From: Candidatus Binatia bacterium
Lineage (GTDB): Bacteria > Desulfobacterota > Binatia > HRBIN30
Assembly: GCA_044450645.1 (NCBI GenBank)
Contig: JBIOJG010000022.1
Location: 15,205 to 79,204, forward strand
Length of the DNA: 64,000 nucleotides
Direction of reading: 5' to 3'
Each line of letters opens with the position of its first letter. Positions within the stretch are counted from its first letter, which is position 1. Below the pieces are notes generated by a model that worked only from the letters and a program-made list of their open reading frames with translations, was not told where the DNA came from and made no database searches. Shown here piece after piece: positions 38,808 through 49,039 of this stretch. A program made the position numbers and the translations under genes.

Positions 38808-40553
38808 TTATTTCTTTGCCTCTTCCTTGGCGGCGCCGCCCCCCTCACTGTCTTCCCGATCCAGCCGCAACTCCTCATTCAGAATATCTTCAAACGAAAA
38901 GCGTGCACCCTCGCGCTCGCGTTGCAGGTACGACTCCATCTCCTCGCGCTCTTCCGTACGGCGCAACGCCTTGATGCTCAGCCCAATCCGCCGCTCCTTC
39001 GGATCGACGTGCGTGACCTCCGCTTCAACGACCTGTCCGGCCTGGAAGAGTGCTTGCGGTTTGTCCACCCGCTCGCTGCTGAGCTGCGAGACATGTATCA
39101 ACCCCTCGATCCCTTCTTCGATCTCGACGAAGATACCGAAATCCGTGACCGTCGTCACCGTCCCTTTGGCGCGGCTGCCGACCGGATAGCGCTGTGCGAT
39201 CACCGCCCACGGGTCTTCGGCTAACTGTTTCACTCCGAGCGCGATCCGTTCGTTTTCCACGTCGATGCCGAGCACGACCGCCTCGATGGGGTCACCCTTC
39301 TTGTACATCTCGGAAGGATGCTTGACCTTGCGGGTCCAGTGCAGGTCGGAGATATGCACCAACCCATCGATACCTTCGTCAACACCAACGAATAGCCCGA
39401 AGTCGGTGATGTGTTTCACTGTCCCACTGATCCGGCTGCCGACCGGGTGGTTGATGCGTACCATCTCCCAGGGATTGGGCGCCGCCTGTTTCAAACCGAG
39501 CGAGATGCGCCGATTGCTGGGATCGACGTCCAATATGACGACGTCGACTTCTTGGCCCGGCTCCACCACCTTCGAGGGGTGGGTCACGCGCTTGGTCCAC
39601 GACATCTCCGAAATGTGCACCAAGCCTTCGACGCCCGGCTCGAGTTCCACGAACGCACCGTAGTCGGCCAAGCTCACGACTTTCCCGCGCATACGCGAGC
39701 CGACCGGGAACCGTTCGCCGACGGAGGCCCACGGGTCCGGCATGATCTGCTTCATCCCCAGCGACACGCGGCCGCGCTCCGGGTCATACTTCAACACCAC
39801 CACCTTGACGCGCTCACCCACCTGTATGACGTCCGACGGGCGCGCGACACGCCCCCAAGACATGTCGGTGACGTGCAGCAAGCCGTCCAACCCGCCGAGG
39901 TCGACGAACGCACCGTACTCCGTGATGTTCTTGACGATGCCCTCGAGGATGACGCCCTCTTCGAGCACCTTCATGGTTTCTTCCTTCAGCGTTTCCCGTT
40001 CGCGTTCGAGCACGGCGCGGCGCGACACCACCACGTTGCCACGCGCCCGATTGAATTTCAGGACGGCGAACCGCATGCGCTGGCCGATGAAGCGATCGAG
40101 GTTCCGCACCGGGCGCAAATCCGCGTGCGACCCCGGGAGGAATGCTTGCACCCCCACATCCACCTTCAGGCCGCCTTTGACCTTTCCGGTGATGGTGCCC
40201 TCGACCGCGCCTTCGCGTTCGAACGCTTCCTCGATCTCCCGCCACACCTTCAGCTGCTCGGCTTTGGCGCGTGACAGTAACACGCCGCCGTGCTCGGTAT
40301 CGGTGCCATCGAAATAGACGTCGATATCGTCGTCGGCCTTGACGTCGACGTTGCCGTTGCGATCGAGGAATTCCTGAATCGGGATCTGCCCTTCGGACTT
40401 GAAGCCGATATCGACCGTGACGAAATCACGTGAGACGTGCACCACGCGACCGCGAACGATCTCGCCGGGGCGGACGGCTCTCATACTTTCCTCGAAGAGC
40501 GCGCCAAAATCGCTTTCGCCGCCGGCTGCGGCTGCGTTCCTTTGTTGATCCAT
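38808..40553 (-). CDS. rpsA: 30S ribosomal protein S1
   Basis: Six S1 repeats (for example GxV..V...GAFV.L..G..GL.H.S). Start at the internal ATG 40553 (MDQQRN). Confidence 0.9.
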   Translation of the reverse strand: MDQQRNAAAAGGESDFGALFEESMRAVRPGEIVRGRVVHVSRDFVTVDIGFKSEGQIPIQEFLDRNGNVDVKADDDIDVYFDGTDTEHGGVLLSRAKAEQLKVWREIEEAFEREGAVEGTITGKVKGGLKVDVGVQAFLPGSHADLRPVRNLDRFIGQRMRFAVLKFNRARGNVVVSRRAVLERERETLKEETMKVLEEGVILEGIVKNITEYGAFVDLGGLDGLLHVTDMSWGRVARPSDVIQVGERVKVVVLKYDPERGRVSLGMKQIMPDPWASVGERFPVGSRMRGKVVSLADYGAFVELEPGVEGLVHISEMSWTKRVTHPSKVVEPGQEVDVVILDVDPSNRRISLGLKQAAPNPWEMVRINHPVGSRISGTVKHITDFGLFVGVDEGIDGLVHISDLHWTRKVKHPSEMYKKGDPIEAVVLGIDVENERIALGVKQLAEDPWAVIAQRYPVGSRAKGTVTTVTDFGIFVEIEEGIEGLIHVSQLSSERVDKPQALFQAGQVVEAEVTHVDPKERRIGLSIKALRRTEEREEMESYLQREREGARFSFEDILNEELRLDREDSEGGGAAKEEAKK

Positions 40554-40599
40554 GTGAAATGTACCCCCTGGGGACTGGCTCGGGCTTGTCATACCGCCC

Positions 40600-41289
40600 C
40601 TAATTGTCGCTTGCAAGCGCTTTAGAGCGCGTCGCGATCAGCGCGCAAAGCATCGCCACAACCTCGTCAATCGTCTTGTCCGTCGTATCCACTACCACCG
40701 CGTCCGCTGCCGGACGCAGGGGTGAATGGGCCCGGGTTCGATCCCGGGCGTCACGTTCCGCAATCTCCTTCTCCATCCGTTCGATGTCCGCCGTCGTCGC
40801 CTCTCCCTGCAATTCGTAGGTGCGCCGCCGCGCACGTTCGGCCGCGGACGCATCGAGAAACACCTTCACCGGCGCGTCCGGAAACACCACCGTGCCGATG
40901 TCGCGTCCCTCCATCACCACCCCGCCTTCGGCTGCCATCGCGCGTTGCTGTGCCACCAGGCGGTGCCGCACCTCTGGCACGGCGGACGCCTTTGACGCCA
41001 GCTGCGCGGCGTCACCAGTGCGAATCGCCTCCGACACGTCGCGCCCATCGGCATCGATATGCACGCGATCGCCGTGTTCGATGAACTCAATGTGCGTGGC
41101 GTCGCACAGTGCCCCCAGCCTCGCGCTGTCGGAGAGATCAATACCACGCTCGGCGGCCAAGACACCGATGACGCGGTACATCGCACCCGTGTCAATGTAG
41201 CGATATCCGAGCGCTTGTGCCAGGCGCCGGCTGACCGTGCTCTTGCCGGCACCCGCCGGTCCATCGATGGCGACCACGATGCCCTTCAT
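40600..41289 (-). CDS. cmk: Cytidylate kinase
   Basis: MKGIVVAIDGPAGAGKSTVSRRLAQALGYRYIDTGAMYR. ATGA overlap with the aroA stop. Confidence 0.85.
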   Translation of the reverse strand: MKGIVVAIDGPAGAGKSTVSRRLAQALGYRYIDTGAMYRVIGVLAAERGIDLSDSARLGALCDATHIEFIEHGDRVHIDADGRDVSEAIRTGDAAQLASKASAVPEVRHRLVAQQRAMAAEGGVVMEGRDIGTVVFPDAPVKVFLDASAAERARRRTYELQGEATTADIERMEKEIAERDARDRTRAHSPLRPAADAVVVDTTDKTIDEVVAMLCALIATRSKALASDN

Positions 41290-42596
41290 GGCTGCACTCG
41301 TAGCCCCTGCAGTTGCTCGAAAAAATCGGGGAAGGTCTTGCGGACGCAGCCTGGATTGCGAATGACGATGCCCGGCACGCGCAATCCGATTAGGGAGAAG
41401 GCCATCGCCAAGCGATGGTCGTCGTACGGTTCGACCTCGCCTCCGTGCAAACTCGATGGCTCGATCGTCCAACCGTCGTCATGTTCTTCGATTCTTGCTC
41501 CGAGTTTGCGTAACTCGGCGACGACGTTTCCGATACGGTCGCTTTCTTGCAGTCTGATGTGCGCAACGTTCCGGACCCGGCTGGCACTGCTCGCGAATGT
41601 CGCCAGAACTGCGACCGTGGGTGCGGTGTCGGAAATCGCATTGAGATCGACATCGATGCCACGAAGCTGTGAAGGTCCCAGCACCTCCAACGCGTTTGGA
41701 TGTCGTGTCACGGTAGCGCCCATCTGCTCCAGCACCTCCACGAAGCGTGCATCACCCTGAAGCGACGCGGTTGTCAGTCCTTCAACGCGCACCAGCATTC
41801 CAGTCAATGCGGCCGCTGCCAGAAGGTAATGCGCGCTCGAGGCGTCAGGCTCGACGAGATAATGTACCTGAGCACGATAACACTGGCCGTGTGAAACGTG
41901 AAAACGTTGATAACCGTCGCGCGCGACCGTGACCCCAAACTGGTTCATCACTCCCAGCGTCAGGTCGACGTACGGCTTCGCAATGAGTTCGCCGACGACC
42001 TCCAGTTCGACATCGTGTTGCGCGTAGGGAGCCACCATCAGGAGGGCGGAAAGGTACTGGCTGCTGCGTTCTCCTTTCACCCGTGCCGTGCCGCCGGGCA
42101 GACTGTCGGCGTCGACGGTCACCGGGGGGCACCCGGTCGAGCTGGAGACACGGGCACCGAGTTGGCGCAAAGCGTCAAGCAAATCCCCAATGGGGCGCTG
42201 ACGCATCCGTTCGTTACCGTCGACGATGAATCGGCCGTGACCCAAGCACGCACAGGCAACCAGAAAGCGCGCTGCCGTTCCAGCGTTCCCCGTTTCGAGC
42301 CTCGCCTCCCGAGCGGGGATGCTGCCCCCACAGCCTTGCACGTGGAATACCTCGCTCCGGAACAGATCAGTCTCCCGAGGATCGGAGTCTACTGGGATTC
42401 CGAGCCGGCGTAGAGCGTCGGACATGTAGTGGGTGTCGTCGCTAAACAACGCTCGCTCGATGGTCGACTCGCCAGCCGCGAGTGCAGCGAGAAGCAGCGC
42501 ACGGTTCGTGATGCTCTTGGAGCCAGGTACCCGATAGCTATGGGGCTCGGTGTTCGGCGCGCCACGCAGTGGTTCTATTGCGAGGCTATCAACCAT
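41286..42596 (-). CDS. aroA: 3-phosphoshikimate 1-carboxyvinyltransferase (EPSP synthase)
   Basis: LPGSKSITNRALLLAALA-type motif (VPGSKSITNRALLLAALAAG) and EPSP synthase length. Confidence 0.9.
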   Translation of the reverse strand: MVDSLAIEPLRGAPNTEPHSYRVPGSKSITNRALLLAALAAGESTIERALFSDDTHYMSDALRRLGIPVDSDPRETDLFRSEVFHVQGCGGSIPAREARLETGNAGTAARFLVACACLGHGRFIVDGNERMRQRPIGDLLDALRQLGARVSSSTGCPPVTVDADSLPGGTARVKGERSSQYLSALLMVAPYAQHDVELEVVGELIAKPYVDLTLGVMNQFGVTVARDGYQRFHVSHGQCYRAQVHYLVEPDASSAHYLLAAAALTGMLVRVEGLTTASLQGDARFVEVLEQMGATVTRHPNALEVLGPSQLRGIDVDLNAISDTAPTVAVLATFASSASRVRNVAHIRLQESDRIGNVVAELRKLGARIEEHDDGWTIEPSSLHGGEVEPYDDHRLAMAFSLIGLRVPGIVIRNPGCVRKTFPDFFEQLQGLRVQP

Positions 42597-43461
42597 CGTG
42601 GCTCCGTCGAGTCCACTCCTGGCGCGCCCGCCGCGCCCGCTCCAGCTGGCCCCTCAGTTGCGCCTCGTCTCCGCCTGCAATGGCGCAGCGTAATGCCTCG
42701 AGCGCCGCGACGAACTTCACGATGGCGCCGTCCACCTGGGCCGCATTGGCCAGAAAGATGTCGGACCACATGTCGACTGAGCTGGCTGCCACCCGGGTCA
42801 AATCACGGAAACTCGAACCGGCAAATTGTTCCAGCGCCGGGTCCGTATCGAGCAAGGCGTTGACGGCACTGAAGGCCAGGGCGTGGGGCAAGTGACTGAC
42901 CCAGGCGAGTACCTGGTCGTGTCGGGCCGCATCCATTTCGTCGACCCGCATGCCGACGCCTTCCCACAGGGCGCGAATCTTGGCCACCGCTGCCGGCGTA
43001 GCGCGGCGCCCGGGCGTGATGATGCAGCGGCTTCCTTGGAACAGCTCGGCGAAGGCGGCGCCCGCTCCGGAGTGCTCGGTACCGGCGATGGGATGGGCGC
43101 CGACAAACGACAGGCCCGGCGGCAACACCCCTTCCACCTGGTCGATGACCGTCGCTTTGACGCTGCCCACATCGGTGACGATTGCGTCAGCCCGCAACAC
43201 CGGCGCACAGGCTTGTGCCACTGCGCCGATGGCATTCACCGGCACGGCCAATAGCAGCAGGTCGGCACCGCGAGCAGCCTCCGCCGCATCGAGACTGTAG
43301 CGGTCCACGATGCCACGGCGCTTCGCCGCCTGCAGATTGGCTTCGGTGCGACCGTAGCCGACCACCTCACTGATCAGGCCGGCCGCACGTGCCGCCAGCG
43401 CCAGCGAGCCACCGATGAGGCCGACGCCGGCAATCGCAACCCGATCAAAAAGCCGGGGCAC
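42589..43461 (-). CDS. tyrA: Prephenate dehydrogenase
   Basis: Rossmann VAIAGVGLIGGSLA and the TyrA catalytic domain (GAHPIAGTEHSG). Confidence 0.8.
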   Translation of the reverse strand: MPRLFDRVAIAGVGLIGGSLALAARAAGLISEVVGYGRTEANLQAAKRRGIVDRYSLDAAEAARGADLLLLAVPVNAIGAVAQACAPVLRADAIVTDVGSVKATVIDQVEGVLPPGLSFVGAHPIAGTEHSGAGAAFAELFQGSRCIITPGRRATPAAVAKIRALWEGVGMRVDEMDAARHDQVLAWVSHLPHALAFSAVNALLDTDPALEQFAGSSFRDLTRVAASSVDMWSDIFLANAAQVDGAIVKFVAALEALRCAIAGGDEAQLRGQLERARRARQEWTRRSHDG

Positions 43462-44569
43462 TCGCTCCTCCTCCGCGCACGATGCGCTCGAGCGCCGTGA
43501 TGAAGCGTACGTTCTCCGCGGCGGTGCCCACGGTCACCCGCACATGCTCGGGAAAGCCGTAGACACTCATGGGCCGAACAATGACGCCTTGTCGCAGCAG
43601 CGCCTCGTATATCCGTGCCCCGTTGCCGACGCGCACCAGCAGGAAATTCGCCCAGCTCGGCACGTAATCCAAACCCAGCCGGGCACACTCTTGGCGGAGA
43701 AACGCCATGCCCTCGCGGTTGCATTGCTGGGTGCGCGCGACGTGCTCGTCGTCCTCCAGCGCGGCCAACGCAGCCACCTGGGCCAGGTTCCCGACATTAA
43801 ATGGTTGGCGGATCCGGTTCATCAAATCGACCAGCTCTGGATGGGCCACCCCAAATCCAATGCGCAAGCCGGCGAGCCCGTAAATTTTCGAGAAGGTCCG
43901 CAGCGTGATTAGCAAGCGGTCGGGACCGTGGGCGGCCAGTGAATCCGGGTACTCCGGGTCGTCAACAAACTCGCAGTACGCCTCGTCCATCACCACAATG
44001 ACGTGCGGCGGCAAGGCGGCCAGGAATTCCTCCCATTGCCGTTGAAAGAAGATGGTCCCGGTCGGGTTGTTGGGATTGGCCAGGAAGACGATGCGCGTTG
44101 CCGGGGTGATCGCTTCGGCGATGCCTTCGAGGTCGTGCGTGAACTGGCGCAGCGGCACGATGCGGCCGATCCCTCCCGCCGCCTGCACTATCAGCCGGTA
44201 GACGATGAAGGCTTGATCCGCCATGACCGCTTCGTCGCCGCGCTGCATGAACGTGCGCACGGCCAGCTCGATGATCTCGTTGGAGCCGTTGCCGAAGATG
44301 AGCACGTCGGGCGAGACCCCCAGCTTCTTGGCCACCGCCCGCTTGAGATAAAAGCAGCTGCCGTCCGGGTAGCGATGCAAATTGATGAGCGCCTCGGTGA
44401 TCGCCGCCAGTGCTTTGGGCGATGGACCGAGCGGATTCTCATTGGAGGCCAGTTTAATGGACCCCAGGATACCGTACTCGCGCTCCAGCTCTTCGATGGG
44501 CTTCCCCGGGGGATAGGGCGCCAGCGAGCGGATCCATTCGGGAACCCGGGATTTGATGTCCACAGTCAT
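43445..44569 (-). CDS. hisC: Histidinol-phosphate aminotransferase
   Basis: Class II aminotransferase. YPPGKPIEELEREYGI...IKLASNENPLGPSP is the HisC signature. Start at the internal Met (MTVDIKSRV). Confidence 0.85.
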   Translation of the reverse strand: MTVDIKSRVPEWIRSLAPYPPGKPIEELEREYGILGSIKLASNENPLGPSPKALAAITEALINLHRYPDGSCFYLKRAVAKKLGVSPDVLIFGNGSNEIIELAVRTFMQRGDEAVMADQAFIVYRLIVQAAGGIGRIVPLRQFTHDLEGIAEAITPATRIVFLANPNNPTGTIFFQRQWEEFLAALPPHVIVVMDEAYCEFVDDPEYPDSLAAHGPDRLLITLRTFSKIYGLAGLRIGFGVAHPELVDLMNRIRQPFNVGNLAQVAALAALEDDEHVARTQQCNREGMAFLRQECARLGLDYVPSWANFLLVRVGNGARIYEALLRQGVIVRPMSVYGFPEHVRVTVGTAAENVRFITALERIVRGGGASAPAF

Positions 44570-44583
44570 ACCGTCGTGCCCAT

Positions 44584-45675
44584 CTATACCGGCCCTGGCG
44601 ACGCCGGGTACGATCCCAGCACCTTGAGCAGCAGACACCGGCTCTTCACTGCCGCCAGTGCTCGCGCCACGCGCCGCTCTTGCACGTGACCGACCAGGTC
44701 GAGGAAGAAGAGGTATTCCCATGCCCGCTCTTTCAGCGGTCGCGACTCGATGGTGCTGATACTGACGCGATTGTCCGCAAACGGCTTGAGCACGCGATGC
44801 AAGGCCCCGGCTTCGTGCGGCAACGACAGCAACACCGAGGTCTTGTCATCGCCGCTCGGTCGGCCGATACCATCGAGTCCCAACACCAGGAAGCGGGTGC
44901 AGTTATGCTTTTGATCCTGAATGTTGGAGGCAATCACCTTGAGGCCGTACTCCTCGGCGGCCACGCGCCCAGCAATCGCGCCAGTGTGGGGGTCCTCCCC
45001 AGCCATAATGGCCGCTTGCGAATTGCTCGCGGCCTCGGCCTGCGGCAACCCGGGGAAATGCTGCGCCAGCCACTGCCGGCACTGCCCGAGCGATTGCGGA
45101 TGCGATACGATGCGGCATAAGTCGCCGCGACGGCCGCTGCGCGAGAGCAGACACTGCTCGATGCGCAGCAACAGTTCCGCCTTGATGACGAGCGGTGAGG
45201 TGACGAAGCGATCGAGTGTTGCCGCCACCGTGCCTTCGGTCGAGTTCTCCACCGGCACCACGGCGTAATCGGCGCGTCCGCGCTCGACCTCATCAAACGC
45301 CCCAGCGATCGAGCTGACCGGAATGACCTCGCTGGCGGCCCCGAACTGCTCCCGCACGGCCTGGTGCGAGAAGGTCCCCAATGGTCCAAGGCAGGCAACC
45401 CGCAGCCGTCGTTCCAACGACAGGCAGGCCGACATAATCTCGCGAAAGATCGGCCGGATGTTCTCCGCCTTCAGCGGCCCTTTATTGACCGCCAGCAGGC
45501 GTTGCAGGATGTGCTTTTCGCGGTCCGGCGTGTAAATGCTGGCACGCTCGCGACGCTTGTGTCGACCGATGGCGACCGCCAAGCGGGCGCGCCGGTTCAG
45601 CAGCGTGAGCAGCTTCTCATCAATACGATCGATGTGGGCGCGGAGAGCATCAATCGAGGTCGTGCGCGGCGGCAA
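44584..45675 (-). CDS. pheA: Bifunctional chorismate mutase / prephenate dehydratase
   Basis: N-terminal AroQ chorismate mutase (LRAHIDRIDEKLLTLLNRRARLA), PDT domain (VACLGPLGTFSHQA) and C-terminal ACT domain. Confidence 0.85.
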   Translation of the reverse strand: MPPRTTSIDALRAHIDRIDEKLLTLLNRRARLAVAIGRHKRRERASIYTPDREKHILQRLLAVNKGPLKAENIRPIFREIMSACLSLERRLRVACLGPLGTFSHQAVREQFGAASEVIPVSSIAGAFDEVERGRADYAVVPVENSTEGTVAATLDRFVTSPLVIKAELLLRIEQCLLSRSGRRGDLCRIVSHPQSLGQCRQWLAQHFPGLPQAEAASNSQAAIMAGEDPHTGAIAGRVAAEEYGLKVIASNIQDQKHNCTRFLVLGLDGIGRPSGDDKTSVLLSLPHEAGALHRVLKPFADNRVSISTIESRPLKERAWEYLFFLDLVGHVQERRVARALAAVKSRCLLLKVLGSYPASPGPV

Positions 45676-45880
45676 GGGGCTCCCCCGAAGACGTTGGTAC
45701 GACGCGCTCGGCCCGAACGAACGGGCGCATCTTCAAGCGCATCAGATTCGGCGTCTTCATGGATTGGGTTCGAGTGGCTTTGCTAGCGTAACCAGAACGG
45801 AATTGCAATCGCTGCGGGCGGGTTGGACCGGAACCGGCACGGCCCTTGATCGCCGCGCGGCCTTCGGCTACGGCCCGCAG

Positions 45881-47296
45881 GTGAGCGTGCGGGTCCACAG
45901 CTATCACCTTCCCGGAATCGAGGGTCACATCACATCCGAGGCCTTCCGCTGCGGGGCCGTGGAGATCGAGGTGCCTCGTCTGCGCGCCGACCAGTTTCGC
46001 TCCCTGCTCGATCGCGCCCGGGAAGCGGCGCTCCAGCACTTGCGTCAGCGACCGGTCGACAAGATCTTGGCGGCGGTCGACTGCGTCGTCGCCAACTGGT
46101 TGCGTCCGGACTATCACCTGCGGCAGCAGGCGGAGGAGATCCTGCCGCCGGCAACCGGCTTCTCGCCCGAAAGCGTGCGCCACGGGCTGCCCCTGCTGTT
46201 CGAGCCTCTGCGCGCCGTAGAGATCCGGACACTGCTGGATGCCGAGCTGGGTGACTACCGTGTCCTCGACGGAATCTATGGTGGGCGTCACGCCACCGGC
46301 CCGGCACTGATTGCCCACGTGCTGTCGGGAAACATCCCCGGCCTGGCCGCGGCGCCGGTGCTGCTGTCGCTGGTGCTCAAGTCCGCCGTGCTGATCAAGA
46401 GCGCCGCTGGCGATCCAGTCTTTCCCGCACTCTTTGCCAGCTCCATCCGTGAAGTCGATCCAGACCTGGCACGCTGTCTCGTGGTCGCGTACTGGCGCGG
46501 CGGAGACGGAGAATTTGAAGAGGCGGCTTTGTCTGTTCCCGACGTCGTCGTCACCTCGGGATCCGACGCCGCAATTGCGGCCATGGCGGCACGAGCGCGC
46601 ACACGCTTCATCGGTCACGGCCACAAGATCAGTTTTGCGGCCATCGGCAGAGAATGCCTGAGCGACCGCAACGCGGCGATACGACTGGCGCACAGCCTGG
46701 CGTACGATGTCTCCTTATGGGACCAGCAGGGCTGCCTGTCACCGCAGCTCTGCTATATCGAAGATGCCGGTCACGTCACGCCGGCGGCATTCGCTGCGCA
46801 CCTGGCGGAAGCGCTGTCCGGATATGCCGCCGAGCTGCCGCCGCGGAAGCTGAGTTTAGATGAACAGGCGCAAGTGCTGCGCTTCCGCCAAGAGGCGGAA
46901 TGGCGCCAGGACACACCCGGTACGACTGGCCTGCTGACCAGCCCTGGTTCCACTGATTGGAGCATCAGCATCGAGAAGGGTGCGGAGTTCGTTCCCAGCT
47001 GCTTGAACCGCTGCATGCGAATCAAAGTCGTCACCGATCTCGCGGAACTGCCGCCGGCGCTGGTCCCGCATCGACGCCATTTGGAGGCAGCCGGTATCGC
47101 AGTGGAGCCAGCGCGTCTGGCGTCCCTCTCCACATTGCTCGGGAGCTGCGGCGTGCACCGGATTTGCCCGATCGGAGAGATGCAGCGGCCACCCCTCTCC
47201 TGGCGGCAAGGAGGCCGGTCGCGCGTCGCGGATTGGGTGGAGTGGACAGTCGTGGAGGAGCGTGAGGGTGAGAGTGTAGAGCGTGGGAACGTTTGA
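45881..47296 (+). CDS. LuxC-like acyl-CoA reductase (aldehyde-forming), start uncertain
   Basis: Catalytic Cys region DQQGCLSPQLCYIED (compare LuxC QQACFSTQ), LSGNIPG motif, aldehyde-dehydrogenase-like fold. The long ORF from 45536 overlaps pheA on the other strand. A GTG at 45881 is the first plausible start beyond it. Confidence 0.55.
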   Translation: MSVRVHSYHLPGIEGHITSEAFRCGAVEIEVPRLRADQFRSLLDRAREAALQHLRQRPVDKILAAVDCVVANWLRPDYHLRQQAEEILPPATGFSPESVRHGLPLLFEPLRAVEIRTLLDAELGDYRVLDGIYGGRHATGPALIAHVLSGNIPGLAAAPVLLSLVLKSAVLIKSAAGDPVFPALFASSIREVDPDLARCLVVAYWRGGDGEFEEAALSVPDVVVTSGSDAAIAAMAARARTRFIGHGHKISFAAIGRECLSDRNAAIRLAHSLAYDVSLWDQQGCLSPQLCYIEDAGHVTPAAFAAHLAEALSGYAAELPPRKLSLDEQAQVLRFRQEAEWRQDTPGTTGLLTSPGSTDWSISIEKGAEFVPSCLNRCMRIKVVTDLAELPPALVPHRRHLEAAGIAVEPARLASLSTLLGSCGVHRICPIGEMQRPPLSWRQGGRSRVADWVEWTVVEEREGESVERGNV

Positions 47297-48488
47297 AGAC
47301 AACCTGAAGGACGGATTCTTCCGTCATGTGTGTCAGACCTCGGCAGCGCCGTTGGGAATCGTGGTCGCCTGTGCGCGGGGCACGAAGATCTGGGATACCG
47401 ATGGCCGTGAGTATCTTGACCTGCTCGCGGGAATGGGCGTGGCCAATCTGGGGCACGCGCATCCGGTGGTCATCCAGGCCATCGAGAAGCAAATCGCATC
47501 GTACCTGCACGTGTCGGTGTACGGCGAAATGGTACAGCAACCGCAGGTGGAGCTGGCTCGGCGTCTCGCCGCAATCACGCCTGGTGACCTATCCGTCGTC
47601 TACTTCACGAACAGCGGCACGGAAGCGGTCGAGGGCGCGCTCAAGACGGCGCGTAAATTCACCGGCCGATCACGCCTGATCGCGTTTGATGGGGCATTCC
47701 ATGGCGACACCTTCGGGGCGCTGTCGGTCGGCGGCAATCCGATCTATCAGCAACCGTTCCACCCTTTGCTGCCTGGGGTCGAGATGCTCCCGTTTGATGA
47801 CGTCTCGGCGCTGGGACGGATCGACACGTCCGTCGCGGCGGTGATCGTCGAACCGGTACAAGGCGAGGGCGGCGTACGGATCCCGAGCGAAGGGTTCCTG
47901 CCGGCCCTGCGCCGGCGCTGCTCAGAAATCGGCGCATTGCTGATCGCGGACGAAGTGATCACCGGCTTCGGCCGCACCGGCAAGCTGTTTGCCTGTGAAC
48001 ATTGGAATGTGGTGCCGGATATTCTCGTGCTGGCAAAGGCACTCGGGGGCGGGATGCCGCTGGGGGCATTCGTCGGACGGCCGGAGGTGATGCAGACGTT
48101 GTCGCATGATCCGCCGCTGGCGCACGTCACCACATTCGGTGGCCACCCGGTCTGCTGCGCGGCCGGCCTGGCAGCGTTGGAGTATCTGGTGCGCGAACAG
48201 CTGGTACAACGCGTCGCACGGATCGGGGCGCAGTGGCTGGAAGAGCTGCGCACGATCACCGCCCGCGCCGGCTGCACGGTGCGCGGCAAGGGATTGCTGA
48301 TGGCGCTGGACTTCGAGACTCCCGAAGTGACGCGCCGGTTCGTCACGCGTTGCTTCGAACGCGGCTTGATCCTGAACTGGACACTGCACCGCGACACCGT
48401 GGTGCGTTTGGCGCCGCCTTTGACCATCACAGCGGACGAGATGCACCAGGCCAACTCCGTCATCGAGACGGCACTGTCCTCAGAATAA
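47283..48488 (+). CDS. Class III pyridoxal-phosphate aminotransferase (acetylornithine/GABA aminotransferase family)
   Basis: FTNSGTEAVEGALKTARKFTG; LIADEVITGFGRTGKLFACEHW (PLP-lysine region). GTG start overlaps the LuxC-like stop by 14 nt. Confidence 0.8.
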   Translation: MGTFEDNLKDGFFRHVCQTSAAPLGIVVACARGTKIWDTDGREYLDLLAGMGVANLGHAHPVVIQAIEKQIASYLHVSVYGEMVQQPQVELARRLAAITPGDLSVVYFTNSGTEAVEGALKTARKFTGRSRLIAFDGAFHGDTFGALSVGGNPIYQQPFHPLLPGVEMLPFDDVSALGRIDTSVAAVIVEPVQGEGGVRIPSEGFLPALRRRCSEIGALLIADEVITGFGRTGKLFACEHWNVVPDILVLAKALGGGMPLGAFVGRPEVMQTLSHDPPLAHVTTFGGHPVCCAAGLAALEYLVREQLVQRVARIGAQWLEELRTITARAGCTVRGKGLLMALDFETPEVTRRFVTRCFERGLILNWTLHRDTVVRLAPPLTITADEMHQANSVIETALSSE

Positions 48489-48593
48489 GATCGCATTTGT
48501 GCTGGGAACACGAACGGCTCGTTGCCGCGCGCGAAGCGTACCTGCGGTGCGTGCAGGCAAGCTGCCTGCGCTCCACCAAGACCCAGCGCGACG

Positions 48594-49025
48594 CTACCCG
48601 AGCGCGGCTTTGCGTTTGCTCAGCAGGTACGCCGCCCCGCTCGACACGCCAATGGCGATGCCCGAGTAGACCACGCCGAAGATCAGATATCCGACCCCCG
48701 GCGGAACGGGATTTCTCATGTTGAAGAGGATTAGGTTGATGATCACGTACCCGGCGTAGGCGTATGCCATCGGCAGCGCATAGCGCTTCATTCGCCAGAC
48801 ACCGAACGCGTAAACGAGCAGATAGATTCCGAATAGCGGTCCGACGATCGCGTTAGCCGTGCCGCTAAGCCGCTGACCGAAGAAGACGAACCCGGTGTCG
48901 CTACCTCCGAAGCGGAACGGCTTCAGCAAGTTCGAGATCGCCAAGAGTACGAACAGCACGGCAAACGTGCTGAGAACACGACCCCGCTTCGGTTCGGTTG
49001 TCACTGCCTGCACATTGGATTGCAT
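48594..49025 (-). CDS. Small integral membrane protein (4 predicted TM helices), hypothetical
   Basis: MQSNVQAVTT...FAVLFVLLAISNLL... Start at the internal ATG 49025 with a GGAGG RBS. The longer annotated ORF overlaps the upstream gene. Confidence 0.45.
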   Translation of the reverse strand: MQSNVQAVTTEPKRGRVLSTFAVLFVLLAISNLLKPFRFGGSDTGFVFFGQRLSGTANAIVGPLFGIYLLVYAFGVWRMKRYALPMAYAYAGYVIINLILFNMRNPVPPGVGYLIFGVVYSGIAIGVSSGAAYLLSKRKAALG

Positions 49026-49039
49026 CGTATCTCCTCCCC

